DNA from: a virus
DNA: 64,000 bases
Virus record (IMG/VR): IMGVR_UViG_3300005077_000017
Reading direction: 5' to 3' (one strand)
Below, piece by piece: positions 20,251 to 29,524 of the stretch (position 1 is its first letter; each line of letters begins with the position of its first letter). The notes beneath the pieces were generated by a model. It was given only the letters and a program-made list of their open reading frames with translations. It did no database searches and was not told where the DNA came from. A program made the position numbers and the translations under genes.

Positions 20251-21269
20251 AAGAACTAGCTGCATTGCCTAATGATGAGTGGAATTTACCTAGTCTTGAT
20301 ATAATTAATGCATTAAAAGATTGTATAGAACAACTTGAGCTGATGGTACAACAAAGTAATCTATTCTATACATACCCCTATTTAATTGAAGATATTGTAC
20401 AACATGTAGTTACTAATATGTGGGAAATGGCATGCGAAGTATTAAAAGAGTATGCTGACTCAATTAATTGGGATAAGGGAAGATGGTTCGCATATATGCA
20501 TAAAGTGATATATGTGTCAATTCACGAATTTCTAAATGAATTAAAATACCCTTTTACAATACCTCGCCAAGTTAGATTTGGTATTATAAGATTAGAAAAA
20601 GTTATGTTGACTCTATTACCTTACTTCAACAATAATATTGGATTGATAAAAAGCTACCCCCAGTTGAAATGTATTTTATATAACAAGGGAGTAGTCACCC
20701 AAGCTTGTTCTGAATGTAATATCCCTTGCGTTCTAGTAGATGTATCACAAAGAGATCAAGTAAAACTACTTGAATTAATTAGTGAAGGAAAAGGAAGTAT
20801 TGAAAAAAGTGCCAAAAGTTACAAAGTAGAATTCGATAATTTTATAAGGATACTAATACGAGTAATGAAGTATGCTTATGAATACGATGACATAAATGTG
20901 AATTTTGGTTTTGTTTACCATCCCGAAAATGTAATAGACATTAAACAGATCAAAGATAAGATGGATGAAGCTTACTCAAAAATATTAATAGATGAAGATA
21001 ATAATATAATTGAGATAGGATTATCCGATATTTACTTATCTGATTTGGAATATCAATCCCCTAGTAGTATGGATTGTAATGTACTTTACATGCCACATAG
21101 AAGAGTAACAAGCGAATTATTAAAGATTTTTAAAATAGAAAGCTCTGATAGACTAAAAGAATTATTAGCAAAGGGAGACGAAATAGTTAATGAAGAAAGA
21201 CAAAAAACAGGAATTATTCCTTTTCAAAGAAAAGTTCGTGGATATACTAAGGAGAAGAAAACCGTCTAG
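20139..21269 (+). CDS. divergent sigma70-family-like factor
   Basis: YLKEL (region 1.2-like), EDIVQ, DKGRWFAYM..VIYVSIHEFL...FTIPRQV matching region 2.2-3 pattern DLIQ/KFSTYA..WIRQAI/IRIP; start uncertain. Confidence 0.5.
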   Translation: MEEITETNISSDNEQEQLSEDVGFGETQSILLSKKYLKELAALPNDEWNLPSLDIINALKDCIEQLELMVQQSNLFYTYPYLIEDIVQHVVTNMWEMACEVLKEYADSINWDKGRWFAYMHKVIYVSIHEFLNELKYPFTIPRQVRFGIIRLEKVMLTLLPYFNNNIGLIKSYPQLKCILYNKGVVTQACSECNIPCVLVDVSQRDQVKLLELISEGKGSIEKSAKSYKVEFDNFIRILIRVMKYAYEYDDINVNFGFVYHPENVIDIKQIKDKMDEAYSKILIDEDNNIIEIGLSDIYLSDLEYQSPSSMDCNVLYMPHRRVTSELLKIFKIESSDRLKELLAKGDEIVNEERQKTGIIPFQRKVRGYTKEKKTV

Positions 21270-21930
21270 TCAAATAATAGACCTACACCATTCAGGAGAA
21301 TTACATACTTATATTCCAGAATTAGATATATGCTATGAAGTTGAACAAGACTCTAGGTATCATAAAGATGATGTCTTTAAGCACTGTATTAAAACATGTG
21401 ATAATACTCCTAATAATATGTTGTTTTTAAGACTAGCCGGTCTTTTGCACGATATAGGAAAAATACCAACGAGGCAAGTTTCTCAAGAATGTATGTCTTG
21501 TGGTGAAATATATAATCATGATGATAATTTAATGAACCTTGATGACGAAAATCTGTATCCTTACTGTATAATGTGCAATTCACATGATCTGGAAATAAGA
21601 ATTTCTTTTCATAAGCATGAGTTGCAGTCTACTAAATTAGCAAATAAAGTAATAACCAGATTGGGGTTTGGAAATGGATTAAAAAAAGATGCTTTAAAAG
21701 TAATAGCAAATCACATGTATAATTATACTACAGATTGGACTAGTAAAGCCATACATAAATTCATACATAAAACAGGAATAACACTAGATGATTTAAGAGA
21801 AACACCTTCTAATTTTCCATTATTTATATTAAGACGAGCAGAGAGATTGAGTAGAGGATTATCTCCTGTAACTAAAAGACAAATTGATTTAGAAACACGT
21901 ATACGACAATTTTTATTACATAACAGATAA
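21190..21930 (+). CDS. stand-alone HD-domain protein resembling the C-terminal half of CCA enzymes, with Zn-ribbon insert
   Basis: IPEL...YHKDDVFKH...LLHDIGK...FHKHE...NHM; CMSC...CIMC insert; no nucleotidyltransferase head. Confidence 0.8.
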   Translation: MKKDKKQELFLFKEKFVDILRRRKPSSQIIDLHHSGELHTYIPELDICYEVEQDSRYHKDDVFKHCIKTCDNTPNNMLFLRLAGLLHDIGKIPTRQVSQECMSCGEIYNHDDNLMNLDDENLYPYCIMCNSHDLEIRISFHKHELQSTKLANKVITRLGFGNGLKKDALKVIANHMYNYTTDWTSKAIHKFIHKTGITLDDLRETPSNFPLFILRRAERLSRGLSPVTKRQIDLETRIRQFLLHNR

Positions 21931-21959
21931 TTGCTGAATAAAAGCAAAAAAAGGATATA

Positions 21960-22796
21960 ATGCAATACATAACAACTAAAAGCAATACGCTTGAAATTGG
22001 AAGAGTATGCACTACTCTTAGTACTTTTCAGGTACAACCTCTTATAGAAAGACCATCATCTCTACTGAAAAATTCCGTTGTAGCAATATTACCAACACCA
22101 AATTTTATATATGGAGAAGATTTATCTAAATACGGAGAAGAGCATGTTTATGTTCTTATCATTGATGACCAAGGATTAGATATTCTAGCAAACGAACTAG
22201 TATGGGCACCTATAAGTTTTTTACAAGCAACTAATAAACTTTTAGCCAATTATTCTACAATAGATGAAAAAGTAATTAAAATGGTAGCCCGCAGTTTTGG
22301 ACTAGTAGATAATGCTCTTGGATATATTATTAATACCAGAGGAAAACAAGAAGCATTAAAATTAATTCTTGGGATGCATAATACAAAGAGAAATTTAGAG
22401 AACTTTGAATGCCCTAAATGTGGTTCAATAGGTAAATTATTAAATAAGAATAAACCTAAACCAGCTCATTTTGTGTGTCCGTGTGGTTTTAATAGTGCAA
22501 CAAAAGAAACAGTTACTAATATGGGGCGGATATTATTCATACATGATCCTAATAAAAGGAAGAAAGGTAGGCTTCCTAAACCAGCAAATATAGTTTATGA
22601 GGACTTGATGGATATCCGTACAGAAGCAAGAGATACACCACAACCACCACAACAACCACCTATTGCTATACGAAATAACACTCATGTTTATCAAATGTAT
22701 AATAATAATAACGCAGGGGTCGCATATAACCAACATCATAATGTAGCTACTATAAATACGACTTGGGGTACAGAACCTGATAGAGAACAAAGATAA
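21960..22796 (+). CDS. hypothetical protein with Zn ribbon
   Basis: CPKC...CPC; low-complexity C-terminus. Confidence 0.7.
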   Translation: MQYITTKSNTLEIGRVCTTLSTFQVQPLIERPSSLLKNSVVAILPTPNFIYGEDLSKYGEEHVYVLIIDDQGLDILANELVWAPISFLQATNKLLANYSTIDEKVIKMVARSFGLVDNALGYIINTRGKQEALKLILGMHNTKRNLENFECPKCGSIGKLLNKNKPKPAHFVCPCGFNSATKETVTNMGRILFIHDPNKRKKGRLPKPANIVYEDLMDIRTEARDTPQPPQQPPIAIRNNTHVYQMYNNNNAGVAYNQHHNVATINTTWGTEPDREQR

Positions 22797-24285
22797 ATGT
22801 TGTTTATAAAAAAAGCAGAGCTAAACAAAATAGCTGATGAACTGTTTAAAATTAGAGCATCTATTAAAAAAGACACAAAAAGAGAAGAGAAATTAAAAAA
22901 AGAACTACTACAAATGTTAGACGATAATGAAATAGATGAGTTTTACACTGAAGATTATAATATCCAGAAAAGAGTCGAAGATAAGGAAACTATAATACCT
23001 AAATTGTTTTTTGGTATAGTACCAAAAGAAAATTTCTTTAAATGTTGTAGCATTAACAAGCAAAAAGCATCTGGTTTTATTGGTACTAATGAAATATCAG
23101 ATATTAGTACAACTAAGCCTGTAATAAAACTAATCGTATCTCCTGTAGAAGCACATGAAAATATAGAGGTAAAGCAATTGGAGGAATAATGGAACAAACT
23201 AATCAGATCTGTGAGACATGCATTAATTTTATTGATAATTCTAAAGATAAAGAAAAATCATATTGTGAGTTATGGGATATAGAAGTATCTCAAAATTCTT
23301 CTTGTTCTGAACATACATTCAAATTAGTATTTGATGAATTACCTAATGAATGATCATTTTTATGAATTTGAAGAGTATAACGTACTCGCTTTAGAAGACA
23401 ACTTGGAAATAGATCAGCTCATAAAAGTTGAAGATGCTTATACGGAAGAAGTATATGTTGGATACTATAAAGGGATAGGGGATAGATCCGCATGTTTAAA
23501 GTATCCAGATAGTAGGTATTGCAACAGAGACCTGAGAAAAGATGAGTGTCCAGGACCACTTAGATTATTATTAACGTCAGGAATGGTTCTTAATTTATGC
23601 GGTTGTATAGACATAGAGTATTACAGTAATACTTATTCAATAGCAATATGCAAATATAGGACAATACAAGGGATACGTTTCATAAAAGGTAGAATAATTT
23701 AATCAACTTAATTAAATAAGTAATTATGGAGTAATAGGTAATTCACAATGAAAAAAAATCGAGAATTGTTATTACTTGTTATGCTAGAGGATGTAATAAA
23801 AGTACTAAATCTTATAGGATATGGAAAAGTATCAGAAAAAATAGAACAAAATTTGAAAAGGATTTATGTGAATGGCAGACCAGATACCTCAGGAATACGA
23901 CAAGGAGAAAAATGATTTAGATGTTATTCCGCCTCTTGATGAGCAAGAATGGACAAAAATTACACAACCAATTGAAATTCCTGTTTGGGTTGTATTAAAG
24001 ATACGAAAGACCCAAGGTGGACACTTTTACCATATAGATGGGTGTGAGAAAGGAGATCATCAAGATTTAGTATTTGAACTTTGGGATACGTATAAACAAT
24101 TCAGAGATAGAGTCCAACCGCATATGCCCACCTCAAAAAGATTTGAAGAATTAGAAAAAATAGCAAATGAAATGGCACATAAAGACTATTACCATTTTTA
24201 TCTTCCAGACTACACAGACGATTTATATGTAGCATTTGTAAGTACCACGAGAAGTTACGTTATGGCAAATGGGATGATTGTATAA
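22797..24285 (+). CDS. run of hypothetical genes (22797-23189 coiled-coil, small Cys ORF from 23189, 23331-23702, short ORF from 23748, 23872-24285)
   Basis: Contiguous coupled ORFs; no family confidently recognised. Confidence 0.6.
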
Positions 24286-24503
24286 TGCCCATATATGAAT
24301 TCCAGTGTTCAGCATGTAAAGCAATAAGAGAGAAGTGGTTTAGTGTAAAGGATGCTCCAGACCACATTCCTTGTAAAGAATGTAAAGGAATGATGAAAAG
24401 AATCATATCTAATACTACTTTCATTCTTAAAGGAACTGGGTGGTATCAAACTGATTATAAAAATAAAAATACACATTCAAAAAAAGAACCTAAAAAGAGG
24501 TAA
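24285..24503 (+). CDS. FmdB-family zinc-ribbon protein
   Basis: MPIYEFQCxxC...CxxC...KRIIS...F.LKGTGWYQTDY. Confidence 0.85.
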   Translation: MPIYEFQCSACKAIREKWFSVKDAPDHIPCKECKGMMKRIISNTTFILKGTGWYQTDYKNKNTHSKKEPKKR

Positions 24504-24507
24504 CACA

Positions 24508-25488
24508 ATGGAACTTCGTGGCGTACACGTAACAGCATGCATCTCCCCTGTCATGACTACTAATGCAGAACATACCATTATCCGAATCCCTGAGGATACA
24601 CGAAATCTAATGGGAGTTTCTCCAGGACAACGCATACGAATCAAGAATCGATTCTTTACTGTAAAGCAAGTAACAAGAGAAGAATTGAATTTGATTGCTA
24701 TGGAACCAGTCGTTGGACAGAATGAATGTGTAATGTTTTCAACACAGCATTGGAGAGATGAAGATTTTACAGACCTACATGTAAGAGCAGGTAGAGTAAA
24801 TCCTGGAGTTGCTGATACCCCGATTAACGTAGAAGTTGCTGAGACTGATCAGGAGCCCATTCCTGCTGTACCCACATTAAGAGAACGATTTCCTAATTCA
24901 ACTGTAACGATTCAGGGACAAAATGTAGTAGTATGTGAAGTAACAGGCCCAGAACTTACCAAAGGTTCAATCGGTATTCCGAAAGTACTGAGAGACAGAT
25001 TCGGAGTAGTAAAAGGAAATAGCATCACCATTGACACTATCAACAAGAACTTCACTGTAGATCCTTCATTTAAAGCAGATCTGGAAGCATACAAACCAGA
25101 ACTTAAAGAAAGTGAACTGATCTTTGTCAATCCTGATTGGGTTGCAGAAGGAGTTGAAGTGTTCTCCAAAAGAATTGCTACTACCCCAGCTGCTCCAGTA
25201 GTTCCTCAAGTTGATATAAAAGATATTATCAAAAAGATTGAAGATGTTGTTGGACCAAAGTCTATTGTAATCAATGTGGATGAGATTGAAGATAAGAATA
25301 AGGAAAAGATTTTCACGTTTGATCTTACGTGGAGTGGGGATTATGTGAATGGTAGAGCAACAGGTTATAGTTCAATTGAAGCAGCAAAAAGTGCACTTGC
25401 AGATTTACAAAAGAATCTGATTACAATGGTTGAAGATGCAAATACAATTGTAGAGAGTCTTAATGAATTGAATGAAAACATACAGTAA
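24508..25488 (+). CDS. hypothetical protein with two copies of a small beta-barrel-like module also found on both COOH-NH2 ligases
   Basis: IRIPEDTRNLMGVSPGQRIRI and IGIPKVLRDRFGVVKGNSITI. Confidence 0.75.
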   Translation: MELRGVHVTACISPVMTTNAEHTIIRIPEDTRNLMGVSPGQRIRIKNRFFTVKQVTREELNLIAMEPVVGQNECVMFSTQHWRDEDFTDLHVRAGRVNPGVADTPINVEVAETDQEPIPAVPTLRERFPNSTVTIQGQNVVVCEVTGPELTKGSIGIPKVLRDRFGVVKGNSITIDTINKNFTVDPSFKADLEAYKPELKESELIFVNPDWVAEGVEVFSKRIATTPAAPVVPQVDIKDIIKKIEDVVGPKSIVINVDEIEDKNKEKIFTFDLTWSGDYVNGRATGYSSIEAAKSALADLQKNLITMVEDANTIVESLNELNENIQ

Positions 25489-25512
25489 TTAAATCAAATA
25501 GCAGGAGGATCA

Positions 25513-26544
25513 ATGATAGAAGATTTAAAAGAAAAATTTATAGCAGCTATAGATCCTTTTACTAAAATAAATATTCTATTGCATATTTTTCCAGATCCTG
25601 ATTGTTTAGGAGCAGCTTTAGGGTTAAAAAAGTTAATTAGAACTCTATACCCTAATATGGAAGTACGTATTTATGGGCAAACCCCTACACGATTACAGAA
25701 TAAAGCAGTAGTTAAAGTCCTCGATATACCTCTACTAAATCCTAAAGATATAGTATTACAAGATAAGATAGGTAACATATTTGTAGATTTTAACCCTCTA
25801 TCTACAAACCATGAGTGGGGTAATGTATCTCATACTTGGTGTATAGATCATCATTCAGAAAAAGGTATTAATGATATAATTAATTGCGATTATAGACCAG
25901 TAGGGTCTGCGTGTACCATTGTTTTTGATTATCTAACGTCTTTTGGCGTTTCTTTTGATAAAGAATCTACTGATGACTGTAATACCGCAACAGCAATGTT
26001 TTACGGAATCAAAACAGATACAAAAGATTTAATACGAGATGCAACGTCTCTAGATGATGAAGCTTATATTAAATTACGAGAATATTATGATGTAGATAAG
26101 CTAAACACTATTTTAAAAACTAAATTACCTCCTTCCTATTTTGATAAAGTACATACTTCTTATGAAAAGAAAGAATTAATTGGCCCAATAATGATCGTTA
26201 ATGCAGGATTTTTAAATGAAAGTCAATCAGGTATTGTTTCTCAAATCGCTGACTTTTATATAGAAAGACAAGGCATTGATGTGCTTATATCGTTTGGGGT
26301 TATCACTGATTTAAGTGAAATTATTGCGTCAATTAGAGTAGATAGTCATAATTATGATGCAGTAGATTTAGTAAAAGGCTTATTTGGATCTGGAGGAGGT
26401 CACCCTAGTTCAGCTGCTACCCAAAGAAAATTAGATCTATTTGATCCAAAAAATATTCCCGAATTAGAACAACCTAAGTTTCTTGAATTGCTCATGTCTG
26501 TATTGAAAAGAAAAATATGCTTTTTAATGGATATAAAAGAGTAA
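25513..26544 (+). CDS. DHH/DHHA1 phosphoesterase (NrnA-like)
   Basis: HIFPDPDCLG, VDF, IDHH, GIKTDT, GGGH; GGAGG upstream. Confidence 0.88.
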   Translation: MIEDLKEKFIAAIDPFTKINILLHIFPDPDCLGAALGLKKLIRTLYPNMEVRIYGQTPTRLQNKAVVKVLDIPLLNPKDIVLQDKIGNIFVDFNPLSTNHEWGNVSHTWCIDHHSEKGINDIINCDYRPVGSACTIVFDYLTSFGVSFDKESTDDCNTATAMFYGIKTDTKDLIRDATSLDDEAYIKLREYYDVDKLNTILKTKLPPSYFDKVHTSYEKKELIGPIMIVNAGFLNESQSGIVSQIADFYIERQGIDVLISFGVITDLSEIIASIRVDSHNYDAVDLVKGLFGSGGGHPSSAATQRKLDLFDPKNIPELEQPKFLELLMSVLKRKICFLMDIKE

Positions 26545-26549
26545 TAAAA

Positions 26550-27848
26550 ATGAACGCAATAAACAAAAAAGTGTTTGATAATATTTTACAGGGTTATGGT
26601 GGTCATTTTTTCTACAGAAACAAGCATTACCGAATTACAAGAATGTTTATACCTTGTGGGTATGATGGGTCTACTTGTGGATGTGACAATTGTTTATATA
26701 GACTAGAAGATGGTGATGAAGTATGTATATATGATATAGATTGTAAAATTCATGGTTGCCCATTGATCCACGTAGAAAACATACGATTGTATGTCGTAGT
26801 AGGATCTAAGCTTAATATAGAAGTGAAAAGTGAGAATAGGAGTATTTCTAGGCTACAGGAAATAATATTATGAAGGAACAAGGGAGCAAACGTAAACTAG
26901 AATATCTAATAGATAAATATGGTTTAAACAAAAGGATTATTAACGGAGTAAATTACGTATTTGAAGAACTAACTACCTGTACTTTAGGAAAATATAGCAA
27001 CGTTCAATGTAATGCATTTTGGCATTTCAAAGATCCAAATTCAGAAAAATGTTTTTATGATTTAGATAATAAAATACTTGGATGTCCTTTATCTGATAGT
27101 AAAAGGAAGTTCAGTATTACTTATGAAATAGATGACGATGGTATATTAGTAATTGAAGTTAAAGTGGAAAATCAACAAATTACTTTGATAAAGGAATCAC
27201 TAATATGATAGAAGTAACTAAACATGATTTTAGTAGATATTTAAATAAAGGTACTGTATTTTTCTTTGGAGGTAAAAAATATTGTATAGTAAGAAAAGTT
27301 GAGTGTAGGAATAGTAATAAAAACTGTGATGGAATAAGATATGCGTTTAATAAGTCTCTTATATCGAGATGTATCTATGATGTAGATCTAACAATAGTAG
27401 GTTGTCCTTTAGATAAAAAACTATTTTCTATTTTATTGGAAAGAGACGACTCAGGGCTCCATTTAGAGATAAAAGATTTAAATAATAATCATATAAAAAT
27501 ATTAAAGGAGAACGTAATGTAATGCCTATACTTTCAAAAAAAGAGTTGGACAAAACAGTTCAAACATATCCAAAATTTAAAATAAACGGTGGAGATATCT
27601 ATCATTGGGAAAAATTAGTAAAATGTGATTATGCGGGAGAGAAATGCTCTTATTTATGGGACGGAATAACTGAAAGAGGAACACCATTTCTAAGATGTGT
27701 ATATGATTGGCATTCCGTAACTTGTCCTTTACTTTCTAAAGATTATGTGATACATGTTACATTAACTACAGACAACGTTCTTGATATACTAGTGTATGAT
27801 AAGAAACCAACTTCTCCTATTAATAAAATATGTGATAAAATAATTTAA
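26550..27848 (+). CDS. tandem array of four divergent Cys-rich paralogs (26550-26873, 26870-27208, 27205-27522, 27522-27848)
   Basis: Shared C...C...C(I/F/V)YD...(G)CPL; each about 105-112 aa; coupled starts. Confidence 0.75.
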
Positions 27849-27888
27849 TTAATCTTATTATAGAAATAGATGGTATAGGAGGTATATA

Positions 27889-28152
27889 ATGAAAGAAAAA
27901 TCAATAATAAGAAAAGTAGGTAATCAATGGTGTGTTTACTATGGTGATAAGAAAGACTGCTTCGATACTCCTCAGGGGGCTAAACGTAGGTTAATAGAAG
28001 TGGAAATGTTTAAACATATGAAAAGCTCTACCTATGAATGTATTTGTAGAGATTGCGATGAGCAATTCACAAGCCATGTAAGGTGTGACCAATCAAAATG
28101 TCCCTCATGCGGAAGCTATGATGCGGAGGAAATAAGAGGAGAAATAAATTAA
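27889..28152 (+). CDS. small protein with C-terminal Zn ribbon
   Basis: GGAGG start; IRKVGNQWCVY...; CRDC...C...CPSC. Confidence 0.7.
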   Translation: MKEKSIIRKVGNQWCVYYGDKKDCFDTPQGAKRRLIEVEMFKHMKSSTYECICRDCDEQFTSHVRCDQSKCPSCGSYDAEEIRGEIN

Positions 28153-28165
28153 TTCATATATTTAA

Positions 28166-28226
28166 CTATCCTTATTGCAGTTAAGAGTTTATAACTCAAT
28201 CTATATGCTGCTAATAGAAAGGATAG
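28166..28226 (+). promoter_or_regulatory. RBS-sequestering hairpin upstream of LAGLIDADG gene
   Basis: CTATCCTT (28166-73) is the exact complement of AAGGATAG (28219-26) which holds the SD; GCAG/CTGC and inner GAGTT/AACTC stems. Confidence 0.6.
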
Positions 28227-28229
28227 AAA

Positions 28230-29483
28230 ATGAGGTATATTGTTAACGAAGATTATTTTAAAACTTGGACACCAAATATGGCTTACGTATTTGGTCTTTG
28301 GTGTGCCGATGGGTGTATATATAAAAATAATTTTAATATAACCCTTAAAAAACAAGACAGCTATTTATTATCATTGATAAAAAAAGATATGAAATCAGAA
28401 AGACCTATAGAACATAGAATTTATTGTATTACTAATGGGGATGTGCATACAACATGCTCATTAACTGTTTCAAACCAAACAATTATTGAAGATTTAATGA
28501 ATCTAGGAGGAACGCCTAGAAAATCTTTAACACTGAAATTGCCTAATGTCCCAAAAGAATATTTTCCACATTTTATTAGAGGGGTTTTTGATGGTGATGG
28601 GACAATTAGTAAAAATAATAAAAACAGTTGGAATGTTGGCATTTATAGTGGCTCTAAGGTATTCTTAGAAGAAATACAAAAAACATTACAAGAAGAAATC
28701 ATAAATTTCAAATCCAAGATTCATCCATCTAGAAAAATATTCTTTTTAAGGTTTTCCTCTAATAGTGCTAAGTTATTCGGCAATTATATTTATGACAATG
28801 ACTGCTTATTGTTCTTACATAGAAAATACGAGAAATTTCTAGAAATGGGAAATGAAATCAATTTAAGTTTGCTTGATTTATGTAAAAATGATTCCACTTC
28901 AGAACAAACCAAGGCAGAGTTAATACGAAGACTTTCTGAGGGGCAAACTGTTACACATATTGCTAAAGACTTTAACACCAGAAGCCAAAATGTAACAAAT
29001 GCTTTAAGATATTTTAATATTGATTGGAAAAAGTACAAAGGAATAAGAAAATACAAGAATTACTCTTGGAAAACAACTAATAAAAAATTAGAAAATTTAA
29101 CAAAAGAGGGGTTAATTAAACGATTGTCTGAAGGGCAATCTTTAAGATTTATTGCGTCAGAACACGAAGTGGATCATATGACAATTGCTTTACGGTGTGA
29201 AAAATGGGGAATAAATCGTAAAGACTATGAAGAAGTTCATAAAATGAAAAGATATTCTTGGGATAGTAATAGATTAGAAAAAATAACTAAAGAAAAACTA
29301 GTAGCTATGCTATCAGAAGGACAATCTTTAATTTATATAGGAGAACATTTTGGAGTTTCCGATGGAACAATACGCTCTTGTTGTGAGAAGTTTGATATCA
29401 ACTATAAAGAATTAGGAAAAGATAAAAAAGAGAAATTTCGACAATGTAGGTTTAAAAATAAAGGAAAAAGCTTACTAACCTAA
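28230..29483 (+). mobile_element. free-standing LAGLIDADG homing endonuclease with three C-terminal HTH-like repeats
   Basis: YVFGLWCADG and FIRGVFDGDG; repeat TKxxLxxxLSEGQ(S/T) three times. Confidence 0.88.
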
Positions 29484-29524
29484 AACACACATACACTACT
29501 AAAAACTGCAAAACAAAGGTTCGT

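Noticed and set aside
29484-29524. CA-rich tracts before some starts (also near 32060 and 38270)
   Set aside because: Short, no consistent motif; probably unstructured leaders
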